NCBI GenBank assembly: GCA_964624495.1
Contig: CAZUYN010000001.1
Coordinates: 1-61,787, forward strand
Direction of reading: 5' to 3'
Origin: an uncultured Clostridia bacterium
Lineage (GTDB): Bacteria > Bacillota > Clostridia > Christensenellales > Borkfalkiaceae
Length of the DNA stretch: 61,787 bases
Below are positions 1 to 8,193 of this stretch, in pieces. Both the position numbers and the translations under genes were made by a program. Within the stretch, counting starts at the first letter, position 1, and each line of letters opens with the position of its first letter. The notes beneath the pieces are model-generated. The model had not been told where the DNA came from and did not search any database. It was given only the letters and a program-made list of their open reading frames with translations.

Positions 1-24
1 CGAATCCACCTCCTCCCACCAAAA

Positions 25-52
25 ATAAGCACTGACTTTTGTCGGTGCTTAT
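25..52 (-). terminator. Intrinsic-terminator-like hairpin downstream of the XRE gene
   Basis: ATAAGCACTGAC-TTTT-GTCGGTGCTTAT forms a 12-bp stem (one G-U) with a 4-nt loop. On the minus strand it is followed by T5. A minus-strand SD-like GGGAGGAGGTGG at about 4-20 suggests another minus-strand gene starts left of the window. Confidence 0.45.
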
Positions 53-158
53 TTCCGTATGCGAGTCCGGAGCCGTGCCACAGTCCGTACAAGCGCAGCC
101 GCGCGCTCGTTATATCAAGCTCACGCCTAACTGCCAAATATAAAATTTTTGCTAATAT

Positions 159-500
159 TTATTGTTCAAAATCTCTTATAATATTTGCTATGATTTGCTT
201 ATCCCTTTTATTTAGCTTTCGGTAAATCAATAACAGTTCTGTTTCTTCTTCTGATAGAACAAGCATATTTTCATTCTCATTAAAAAATTGTGAAAGCGTT
301 ATGCCGAATGCATTGCAAATTGCTTCTATGCTTGCCATAGACGGTAAGGTACCTCGTTTATGCATATTCGGCAATGTTGATGATGATAACTGTGCTTCTT
401 CACGCAGTTTATACTCCGACCAACCTCTCTCTCTTCTTAAACTATCAATACGCTTTATAATATCCATAGCAATACCTATATGTATTATTATGGTATACAT
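159..500 (-). CDS. XRE-family helix-turn-helix transcriptional regulator (C-protein-like controller candidate)
   Basis: HTH_3/XRE-type segment RRERGWSEYKLREEAQLSSSTLPNMHKRGTLPSMASIEAICNAFGITLSQFF. Two starts are possible. ATG 500 has TATAAT (507-512) only 6 nt upstream and no SD. ATG 467 gives MDIIKR... Confidence 0.8.
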   Translation of the reverse strand: MYTIIIHIGIAMDIIKRIDSLRRERGWSEYKLREEAQLSSSTLPNMHKRGTLPSMASIEAICNAFGITLSQFFNENENMLVLSEEETELLLIYRKLNKRDKQIIANIIRDFEQ

Positions 501-506
501 TTGTTG

Positions 507-557
507 ATTATATAAATAACATATGTATTGACTTTTAGTTTACATATGTTATATAAT
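507..557. promoter_or_regulatory. Divergent promoter region with inverted-repeat operator
   Basis: ATAACATATGTA (516-527) and its inverted copy TACATATGTTAT (541-552) bracket a TTGACT -35 (528-533). TATAAT at 552-557 (18-nt spacer) faces the methyltransferase gene. A minus-strand TATAAT at 507-512 faces the XRE gene. Confidence 0.5.
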
Positions 558-593
558 GTTGTCATACATTTGTCTATTTTTTGAGGTGAATTT

Positions 594-2720
594 ATGATAG
601 CAAAAACTAATGAAAATCTCAATTTTAATTCTTATAAAAGCGAAATTGAGGGAATGATAGCCTTTTGGAATGAAATCGGATTAGAGCCTGACTACGAATT
701 AAATACGGACGGAAGATATAGCGGAAATTTAATTGAATTTAAATTGGTTTTCCAAGACACGCATAAACATAAAGAACAGTTGGCAAGATACATTCGAGCA
801 TATAACAGTTGCGCCTTACCTATTCCTAAATATGGGTATCTCATATCTTTAAATGAACATATTTATATAAAAATAGACAATGAGACAGGACAAGAGATAA
901 AATCTGATACTTGGAATAGACCAAGTGATTTTTTAGCTGAATTTTTATCGCAGAATGAGTTTATTAAAGGTTGGATAGATGAGTATTCTATTGTTGCTTA
1001 TAACAATAAATTATGTAAGGAATATCCAAAGAATATTAAAACAAAAGAAGATGTTAAAAACGAACTCATTAACCCGCATTTCTTAAATATTCGACCTTTT
1101 GATTGGGAAAAGCAAATCTCTATTGAAAATGCAGACAAAGTAAATATTGGTTGGCTACATTTCAATATGAATATGTTAGGACCATATTTATTAAAAAAGC
1201 AGCTTGGGGCTTTCTTTACACCAAAACAATATGTTAAAGTGGCTACCTCAATGGTGCGAGAAGCAATAAGTCGTGTCCCGATTGGAAATGATTACATTAT
1301 TTTTGATAGATGTGCAGGCACAGGAAATCTTGAACGCTTTTTGCGTGCCGACGAGCTTTCTCATTGTGTTTTAAATACATATGATTATACAGAATGGACA
1401 ACCTTGAAAGGTCTTTATGATGGGCGTGTTAAAATGATAATTCCACCCACACGAAAAAATATTGACTTTAATAATGGCTTGCTTACCGATGGGGACGCTT
1501 TAAGCAAAGATTTCTTTAATTTTTGTTTTCATTCTGGACTTGAAATATATGCAAACGACGAATTCAATCGGCAAAGTGAATTGTTAACTAAGTGGCTAAA
1601 AAATGAAAGAATGACCATTATTATGCTTGAAAATCCGCCATTTGTTGAGCCACAAGGTGGTGCAAGTCAAGGTAAGCCTACTTTTACAATTAAAGAGAAA
1701 TTTCTCTATAAAGAAATGGCAACCGAAATATTTGATACTAAAAATGTTAATCGCGCAACCGAGAATCTGTTTATATGGAGTGCTTTTAAATATTTTTTAA
1801 GGCAACCTACTGATTCATACATACTTTTTTCGCCTATTAAATATTGGAAATCTCAACATATAATAGATAAAACTTTTATTAGAGGTTACATTTGTAATAG
1901 GGAGAATTTCAATGCAAGTGAAGGCGGTATTGTTTTAATTGAATGGTTAAATAAAAATAACAGTAACGAATGTCTATATGTTGATAGTGATTTGGGTGCA
2001 AGAAAAATATACAAAATGCGTAAAAACCCAGCTGAACTTTTAGTAAACTCTACGGCAGATACCGCAATAGCTTGGCTATTTAATTTGAGTAATATTCCAA
2101 AAGCTGACAATGGGAAATTAGTAAATGATATTGCTGCTTATGCGGTATATTGTAAAACTCAAAAGCCATACAAACTTGCCGAAGATAATATTCTAATTCA
2201 ACTTCCTCTATGGTTAGCAAATTGCTATGAATATGCTGATTATACAGAACGTGAAGTAATTATGAAAACAGCTGACGGTGGTAAAGATTATTGCAATGAT
2301 ATGTCATTTTTATATAAGTGTTTTTTATGGGCTGGAATATCACAAAGAAATAAATCGTTATCGAGAGCAGGCTTAATAAATCAGTTTTGCTTTGGGCAAG
2401 ATACTCGTTCAGATAATATACTCAAAGGCTATAATCTTGACACAACAGATAAGAACTTATACGACACTTGGATTGAAGTTTTAAATCTTGCTAAAAATAC
2501 GGAGGAATATAACTCTGCTTGGAATTATGGCTTATCTCAAATTTGTACTGATATAAATATTAAAGTTGGAAGTGGAACTTTTAACAAGACGGGTAAAGAA
2601 ATAGAAATACCCAAATACCGCATTTTAGATGAAAAGGTAAACGAATTAAAACGGTTATTAAAAAAATATTATCAAACAGAAATTAAAGAAAAGTTATTTA
2701 AATATCAATTGTTAAAGTAA
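594..2720 (+). CDS. Fused N6-adenine DNA methyltransferase with N-terminal PD-(D/E)XK-like motif (Type IIG/IIL-like restriction-modification candidate)
   Basis: 708-aa ORF with SD GAGGTG 7 nt upstream. Motif order is gamma-class: GAFFTP (aa 205-210), FDRCAGTG (aa 237-244, SAM-binding motif I), NPPF (aa 347-350, catalytic motif IV). The N-terminus carries TDGRYSGNLIEFK (D39-X8-E48-X-K50). The C-terminal ~300 aa are unassigned and could be a target-recognition domain. The methyltransferase call is firm; the nuclease call is tentative. Confidence 0.55.
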   Translation: MIAKTNENLNFNSYKSEIEGMIAFWNEIGLEPDYELNTDGRYSGNLIEFKLVFQDTHKHKEQLARYIRAYNSCALPIPKYGYLISLNEHIYIKIDNETGQEIKSDTWNRPSDFLAEFLSQNEFIKGWIDEYSIVAYNNKLCKEYPKNIKTKEDVKNELINPHFLNIRPFDWEKQISIENADKVNIGWLHFNMNMLGPYLLKKQLGAFFTPKQYVKVATSMVREAISRVPIGNDYIIFDRCAGTGNLERFLRADELSHCVLNTYDYTEWTTLKGLYDGRVKMIIPPTRKNIDFNNGLLTDGDALSKDFFNFCFHSGLEIYANDEFNRQSELLTKWLKNERMTIIMLENPPFVEPQGGASQGKPTFTIKEKFLYKEMATEIFDTKNVNRATENLFIWSAFKYFLRQPTDSYILFSPIKYWKSQHIIDKTFIRGYICNRENFNASEGGIVLIEWLNKNNSNECLYVDSDLGARKIYKMRKNPAELLVNSTADTAIAWLFNLSNIPKADNGKLVNDIAAYAVYCKTQKPYKLAEDNILIQLPLWLANCYEYADYTEREVIMKTADGGKDYCNDMSFLYKCFLWAGISQRNKSLSRAGLINQFCFGQDTRSDNILKGYNLDTTDKNLYDTWIEVLNLAKNTEEYNSAWNYGLSQICTDINIKVGSGTFNKTGKEIEIPKYRILDEKVNELKRLLKKYYQTEIKEKLFKYQLLK

Positions 2721-2750
2721 AACTCATTTAATTTACCACTGCTCCGCCAC

Positions 2751-2790
2751 AGATAAGACCTTGACTTTTGTCGGGGTCTTATCTGTTTTA
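2751..2790 (+). terminator. Rho-independent terminator of the methyltransferase gene
   Basis: CAGATAAGACCTTGAC-TTTT-GTCGGGGTCTTATCTG forms a 16-bp stem (two G-U) followed by TTTT. Confidence 0.8.
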
Positions 2791-2932
2791 TACGGTGGCA
2801 AGTTGCAAAAACGGCTCTCGCCGATTTTATAAGGATAGATACTTAAAAACACATACCCGACGGCCGCCGCCGCAAAAATTCTGTAACCCGGCAAGACATT
2901 TTTTCACTTTTTCAACATTTTTCGTCATATAT

Positions 2933-2961
2933 TTGTCAATCGGGTGAAAGTGTGTTATAAT
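2933..2961 (+). promoter_or_regulatory. Sigma-A-type promoter of hpt
   Basis: TTGTCA (2933-2938), 17-nt spacer, extended -10 TGtTATAAT (2953-2961). Confidence 0.65.
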
Positions 2962-2988
2962 CTTGTTACAATACTAACGGAGACGCAT

Positions 2989-3528
2989 ATGAATAAAGAC
3001 TTACAAAGCATTGTTTTGACCGAGGAACAGATTAAGGTAAAGGTAAAAGAAGCCGCCCGTTGGCTTGACGAGCGCTTCGAGGGCAAAAGTCCGCTTGCCA
3101 TAAGCGTTTTGAAGGGCAGCGTTATGTTCTTCTGCGATTTGGTACGCGCAATGGAGGTTCCCGTACAGATTGACTTTATGACGATTTCCTCCTACGGCTC
3201 CTCTTCGCAGAGCTCGGGCGTGCCCAAAATAGTTATGGACCTCGCCGCTTCCGTCGAAGGCAGAGACGTCATTTTGGTGGAGGACATCGTGGATTCGGGT
3301 CACACCCTCGTCAAGCTTAGGGATTTAATTTTAGGCAGGGGCGCAAAGTCGTTTACCGTGGTTGCGTTATTCGACAAGCCCGCAAGAAGGCAGGCGCCCG
3401 TTCAGGCAGACTATTCCTGCTATGAAATAGGCGACGAATTTATCGTAGGGTACGGTCTCGATTACGCCCAACAGTACAGAAGTCTGCCCTATATCGGCAT
3501 TTTGAAAAGGGAAATTTACGAACATTAA
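2989..3528 (+). CDS. hpt: Hypoxanthine phosphoribosyltransferase
   Basis: PRPP-binding motif VILVEDIVDSGHTL and the C-terminal FIVGYGLDYAQQYRSLPYIG signature. ATG 2989 follows SD ACGGAGA. The ORF-track start at 2944 lies inside the promoter. Confidence 0.9.
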   Translation: MNKDLQSIVLTEEQIKVKVKEAARWLDERFEGKSPLAISVLKGSVMFFCDLVRAMEVPVQIDFMTISSYGSSSQSSGVPKIVMDLAASVEGRDVILVEDIVDSGHTLVKLRDLILGRGAKSFTVVALFDKPARRQAPVQADYSCYEIGDEFIVGYGLDYAQQYRSLPYIGILKREIYEH

Positions 3529-3547
3529 ATTTTAAAAGGTGAATCAT

Positions 3548-5079
3548 ATGAAAACTGAAAACGACGCACAAACCCAAGAGACGGTTACGGCGGACGCCCA
3601 ACCCGAAAACACGCCGGAAGAAAGCCACCCCGCCGCAAAGAAGAGATTCGGCAGGTTAGACGAATTTTTCGGAATAACCAAAAGCGGCTCTAACTTCAAA
3701 TCGGAAATCATCGCCGGTCTTACGACCTTTATGGCTATGGTTTACGCAGTGCTTGTCGTCCCGGAATGTACGGAGTCAAAACAGGCGACGTCGTCGCTTA
3801 CCCCAACGTTTCGTTCAACGCCGTTTACATCGCCACCGTGCTCGGCGCGGTTATCGGCACCGCGCTGATGGCGTTCCTTGCGAGAATGCCGCTTGCGCAG
3901 GCTTCGGGCTTAGGCGCGACCGCTTACATAACGGGTACGCTGATAGGCGGAGAATTAGGTCTTTCTTACGCAAACGCAATGATTTTCGTATTGCTTGACG
4001 GCGTAATATTCGTAGTCCTTACGGCTACGGGCTTGCGCAAGAAGATTCTGAAAGCCATTCCAGACGAAGTAAAAGCTTCCATACCCGTCGGTATCGGTAT
4101 GTTCATCGCTCTGATAGGTCTTACAAACGCGAAGCTCGTCAACGTAAGCGACGGCTCTATCGGCTTTGCTTCGTTCAACGTACTGAGCGGCAAGCTTTCC
4201 TATCTTACCACCGTTGCCGCGGCGATTACCCTGTTTACGGTTATCGCCATAGGAATTTTAAGCGCGAAGAAAATCAAGGGCGGAATTTTATGGGGTATGC
4301 TCGGAGCGACCGTGCTGTACTACGCGTTCGCAGGCTTAGGCTGTGCTTGGAGCGACGAGGAATGCCTTTCGTTTTTCCGCGATTTCAGTATGACGCAACC
4401 CTTCGAGGCGTTCGCCGACTGGGGCAAGGAATCGGTAGGACAGGTATTCGTAAGCGGCTTTATATTCCCCGAAGGACTTAACGCCGGACAGATTGTCCTG
4501 CTTATAATCACCTCCGCACTCTCCCTCTGTATGATAGATATGTTCGACACGCTGGGCACGCTTTACGGCGCTTGCTCCAAGGGCGGCTTGCTCGACGCCA
4601 ACGGCGACCCCCTCCGTCTCGATAAATGTATGCTTTCGGACGCAATCGCGACCTGCGCGGGCTCCGTATGCGGCGCAAGCACGGTTACGACTTACGTCGA
4701 AGCTTCCTCCGGCGTTGCCGCGGGCGGCAAAACGGGCTTTACCGCATTGGTTACGGCAATCTGCTTCTTTATCACTCTGTTTTTAAGCCCTATCGCAAGG
4801 ATAATACCCGACTGCGCTACGGCGGCAGCCCTCGTATGGGTTGGCGTGCTTATGATGTCGTCGGTTAAGGACATCGAATGGTCTAACCCCGCCGCCGCTT
4901 TGCCCGCGTTCCTTACAATCGCGGTTATGGCGTTCGGTTACTCTATCTCCTTCGGCATCGGTATCGGCATTATCTCCTGCGTAATAGTAAAGGTATTTAC
5001 GGGTAAAATCAAACAGATATCCGTCGTCACCTGGATAATCGCGGCGTTGTTCGTGCTGACCTTCCTTTTGACCAACTGA
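3548..5079 (+). pseudogene. NCS2/AzgA-family purine (guanine/hypoxanthine/adenine) permease, interrupted by a 1-nt frameshift
   Basis: N-terminal ORF (FKSEIIAGLTTFMAMVYAVLVVP) and C-terminal ORF (MYGVKTGDVV...ASGLGATAY..., 437 aa) together cover one AzgA-like permease. They are in different frames and switch at GTCGTCCCGGAATG (3755-3768). One extra C in the CCC run at 3760-3762 would give ...VVPGMYGV... SD AAGGTG lies 7 nt before ATG 3548. Confidence 0.8.
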
Positions 5080-5102
5080 CGGAATAATTTAAAAAACACA
5101 AA

Positions 5103-5137
5103 GCAAAGCGGCGCGGAATTTATCCGCGCCGCTTTGC
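5103..5137. terminator. Bidirectional terminator between the permease gene and mgtE
   Basis: Perfect 15-bp stem GCAAAGCGGCGCGGA / TCCGCGCCGCTTTGC with a 5-nt loop. An A-run lies upstream and a T-rich tract downstream. Confidence 0.75.
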
Positions 5138-5257
5138 GCCCTTTATTTTATTGCGGGGTTTAATTTGCTATGGGCTTTATTTTGTTCCGAACAGTCTGTC
5201 CCCTGCGTCGCCGAGCCCCGGCAAGATATAGCCCCCCCCTCTCTTTTACGGTAAAGC

Positions 5258-6643
5258 TTACAGGGCGACCTGAATTATGAGCAGCCAGGCAAGCCCGTAA
5301 TAGGTTACCACCGCCACGAGGTCGTTTATAGTCGTAATCAACGGACCGGACGCCACGGCGGGGTCTATTTTAATCTTTTTGAACAGTACGGGTATTACCG
5401 TGCCCGACAACGAGGACAGCGTCATCGCCGCAATCAGGGCGATACCCAGACAGCACGAAATAAGGAAAGCCGTGCCGGCCGGCGTCGTTATGCAGAGGTA
5501 CGCCCCCACAAGCAGGAAGGACATCAGCCCGAGCAGAATTCCGTTACACAAGCCGACCCTTACCTCTTTAAAGACGAGCTTAGCCGTCTGTTTGGGCGAA
5601 AGATTTCCGTCGGCGATGACCCTTATGGTGACGGCGAGCGACTGCGTGCCGACGTTGCCCGCCATATCGAGGACGAGCGATTGGAACGCCACGATTATGG
5701 GAAGCCCCTCTATGACGTGTTCGAAGCTGCTTACCACGAAGGAGACGCCCAGCCCGAGGAAAAACAACACTATAAGCCAGGGTATACGCTTTTTAACAGA
5801 GCGGAAAAGCGGCTCTTTTATATCCTCTTCGGAAGTAAGACCGCCGAGCTTTGCATAGTCGTCGCTGAGCTGATCGCCCACCACTTCGACGAGGTCGGTA
5901 GAGGTTATTACGCCGAGCACTTCGTTCCGCTTGCCGAGTACGGGAATGGAATCCTCGCTGTAATCTTTTAACCTGTCTATACAGTCGCTTATATGTTCGT
6001 CGGCGGACACGGACGGATAAGAGGTCATAATGATGTCCTCCAACGAATCGCCCGCGCGCGCCACAATCAGGTCGCGCAAATCCACGGCGCCGCAATACGC
6101 GCCGTCCTTGTCCTCTACATAGATAGTAGACACGTTATCGTTATCCGCCGCCTGCTCCACCAACGATTTCATAGCCTGCTTGATATCCATATCGGAGCGC
6201 ACGATAATGAAGTTGGTGGTCATCAGATTACCGACGGTATCCTCGTCGTAGGAGGTTATAAGCTTTATATCCTCTACGGCGTCGCCGTCCATAAGGCTTA
6301 TAATCTCGTCACGGGTGTCGGCGTTCAGTTCGTCGAGAATATCGACGGCGTCGTCTGCGTCCATCGATTCGATGATGTCGGCGGCGCGCTCTTTGTCCAT
6401 ATCCTCGATATAGTCCTCGGCGTCGTCGAGATAGCTGAATATATCCGACAGTATATCGGCTGGCAATATGTGCGCAAGGCGCTTTCGGGCTTCTTCGCTG
6501 AGATAGGGATACACGTCCGCGATGTCCGCTTCGTGATAGTCCGTCAACGCGTCGTGCAAAACGGCGTCGTCTTTTTCGTCTTCAATCAGGCGATAGAGTT
6601 TAGACATTACTTCGTTCATTTCGTCAATATTCTCGTTTGCCAT
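5258..6643 (-). CDS. mgtE: Magnesium transporter MgtE
   Basis: Acidic N-domain, tandem CBS region and a C-terminal 5-TM MgtE channel domain (...DMAGNVGTQS...GPLITTINDL...). ATG 6643 follows SD GGGAGGTG. Confidence 0.9.
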   Translation of the reverse strand: MANENIDEMNEVMSKLYRLIEDEKDDAVLHDALTDYHEADIADVYPYLSEEARKRLAHILPADILSDIFSYLDDAEDYIEDMDKERAADIIESMDADDAVDILDELNADTRDEIISLMDGDAVEDIKLITSYDEDTVGNLMTTNFIIVRSDMDIKQAMKSLVEQAADNDNVSTIYVEDKDGAYCGAVDLRDLIVARAGDSLEDIIMTSYPSVSADEHISDCIDRLKDYSEDSIPVLGKRNEVLGVITSTDLVEVVGDQLSDDYAKLGGLTSEEDIKEPLFRSVKKRIPWLIVLFFLGLGVSFVVSSFEHVIEGLPIIVAFQSLVLDMAGNVGTQSLAVTIRVIADGNLSPKQTAKLVFKEVRVGLCNGILLGLMSFLLVGAYLCITTPAGTAFLISCCLGIALIAAMTLSSLSGTVIPVLFKKIKIDPAVASGPLITTINDLVAVVTYYGLAWLLIIQVAL

Positions 6644-6687
6644 AGAAAACACCTCCCGAAAAAATTACTCACCCGTCGGTTTTAATA

Positions 6688-6716
6688 ATTATAAGTCGCC
6701 GCCGCCGCAATGTCAA
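6688..6716 (-). promoter_or_regulatory. Sigma-A-type promoter of mgtE
   Basis: Minus strand reads TTGACA (6711-6716), 17 nt, TATAAT (6688-6693). The leader is only about 45 nt. Confidence 0.6.
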
Positions 6717-6824
6717 TTAATTGAATTAAAACTTGGCGTTTGTTATCCGCTTTCAACGCCGTAATTGCCGTCCGCCAAATTATTTTGCCGAAATTTAAAA
6801 TATTTACGCGCAAAACACAAAAAG

Positions 6825-6853
6825 TTGACATATCGGCGGGTTGCGGTTATAAT
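6825..6853 (+). promoter_or_regulatory. Consensus sigma-A promoter abutting the start codon of the 4-TM protein gene
   Basis: TTGACA (6825-6830), 17 nt, TATAAT (6848-6853). ATG at 6861 is 7 nt downstream and there is no SD. Confidence 0.6.
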
Positions 6854-6860
6854 AAACAAT

Positions 6861-8111
6861 ATGAAAACTTCTTCGGTTGCGTTAAGGCAGAACGATTCGA
6901 AAGCCATTGAGTTGATTAAGGCGAGCTACCGCTGTTTCAGGGCGGAGCGCATAATCAAATATATTATGATATTTCTTTCGTTCGGGGTTTGTCTTGCCGC
7001 TATTTTCAACAGATATCTGCCGCAGATGGCGCCAAACGTCGCCGACATCGACAAAATCCAACAGGACGCTTCTACGTATCTCAACCTAATTTCGGGCGCG
7101 ATTATCGTCGCCGGAATGCCGCTCGGGTTTTACAGCTCGCGTATGCATACCGAGGGCACCGTTTTGCAGGACAGATACGAAGCGTACGTATTCGACAACG
7201 GCGCAAACTCCTCTATCCTGCGCCCCATTTCGGATACGTATATCGACCTGTACGCCAAAAAAGCGCATAAGTCCGACCAGAAATTTTATAACTATATCTA
7301 CGGCAAAGAACCGCCGGGGAACGACGCGGCGGCGCAATTCGAATATATCAAAAAAAACGCCCGTTCGGACTATAACCTCTACGTTTCCATACAGCCTTTC
7401 TTTCTGACGATATGGGTCGGGTTTTGCATACTGATAATAATTATCGCCGTCAGCTTCAACGATATGTTCGTAACGACGCTTATCAACATTATGATACCGT
7501 CGCTGTCCGCGATAACGACGATAGGAAATTCCTGGTACAATTGCAGGTTGCAGATGCGGCAGCTTACCAACCTTATCGCCTGCATCGACCGAATAGAGGC
7601 TCTGCCGCCCGAGCAATACGAACAATATATAACCGACAAACAGAAAATAAGACTGCTTGCCGACGGACTGTTCAACTACCGTTCGAGCGCGTTCGTCATT
7701 CCCGACTTCCTCGTAAAGTTCTACGAAAAATCAATTGAAAAGACCAAGACCGCGGCGCAGGCGAAGGTTGCCAAAGAAACGGCGGCGGCTTACGACGGGG
7801 AGATAGTTCCCCCTGCGGCGGTTGCGGACGAGGGACAAACCGCGGCGGAGAAAGCGCCCTCCCGTACCTCCTCTAAGGTCAAAACGGTCTCGGCGGCTAA
7901 GACGGGCGCAAAATCTGCGGACAAGTCCGCGCAGACCGCGAAAAAGACCGAAACGCGTAAAAAGACGGCTGCCGCGACCGAAACGGACAAGGCGCAGCCC
8001 AAACCCCGTACGGGCAAGAAGTCGGCGGCAAGCGCCTCGACCAAGAAAAGCGCCGCAAAGGACGCGGATAAACCGACTGCGGCTGCGGCTAAAAAGACGA
8101 CTTCCAAATAG
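6861..8111 (+). CDS. Four-TM membrane protein with a ~110-aa Lys/Ala/Thr-rich C-terminal tail (function unknown; possibly S-4TM/SLATT-like)
   Basis: Two hydrophobic helices lie near the N-terminus (IIKYIMIFLSFGVCLAAIF, LISGAIIVAGMPLGFY) and two mid-protein (FFLTIWVGFCILIIIIAVSF, TLINIMIPSLSAITTIG). The tail is low-complexity (...AAKTGAKSADKSAQTAKKTETRKKTAAA...). The ORF-track TTG start at 6765 lies upstream of the promoter, so ATG 6861 is preferred. Confidence 0.6.
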   Translation: MKTSSVALRQNDSKAIELIKASYRCFRAERIIKYIMIFLSFGVCLAAIFNRYLPQMAPNVADIDKIQQDASTYLNLISGAIIVAGMPLGFYSSRMHTEGTVLQDRYEAYVFDNGANSSILRPISDTYIDLYAKKAHKSDQKFYNYIYGKEPPGNDAAAQFEYIKKNARSDYNLYVSIQPFFLTIWVGFCILIIIIAVSFNDMFVTTLINIMIPSLSAITTIGNSWYNCRLQMRQLTNLIACIDRIEALPPEQYEQYITDKQKIRLLADGLFNYRSSAFVIPDFLVKFYEKSIEKTKTAAQAKVAKETAAAYDGEIVPPAAVADEGQTAAEKAPSRTSSKVKTVSAAKTGAKSADKSAQTAKKTETRKKTAAATETDKAQPKPRTGKKSAASASTKKSAAKDADKPTAAAAKKTTSK

Positions 8112-8193
8112 ACGGTAAGCGCCGCGCATAGGTATATGCGCGGCGCTTTCGCCGCCCTGCAACCTTTGCGTTGCATGGCGGCTTGATTTAAAT

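Larger units (their letters stand above)
131..2745. other. AT-rich accessory islet (XRE regulator + fused methyltransferase gene)
   Basis: Base composition drops visibly, to roughly one-third G+C by eye, between about 131 and 2745; the flanks are above 50%. It contains only the two divergent genes and no recombinase. Confidence 0.5.

Noticed and set aside
2962-3547. Purine riboswitch upstream of hpt or the purine permease
   Set aside because: The hpt leader is about 20 nt and the hpt-permease spacer is 19 nt. There is no room for an aptamer.
5993-6685. Long ORFs antisense to real genes. Examples: 5993-6685 opposite mgtE, 12657-13598 opposite the ABC exporter, 16558-17373 opposite the surface protein, 34704-35534 opposite the hydratase, 49957-50622 and 52073-52783 opposite uvrA/uvrB, and 7731-8197 opposite the K/A-rich tail.
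   Set aside because: Each lies entirely within a gene that has clear family motifs on the other strand. They have Arg/His/Val-rich or low-complexity translations, no SD, and are the expected shadow ORFs of GC-rich coding sequence.
6644-6710. M-box (Mg2+) riboswitch expected upstream of mgtE
   Set aside because: A consensus promoter (6688-6716) leaves only a ~45-nt leader, far shorter than the ~160-nt M-box. No conserved M-box segments are visible.
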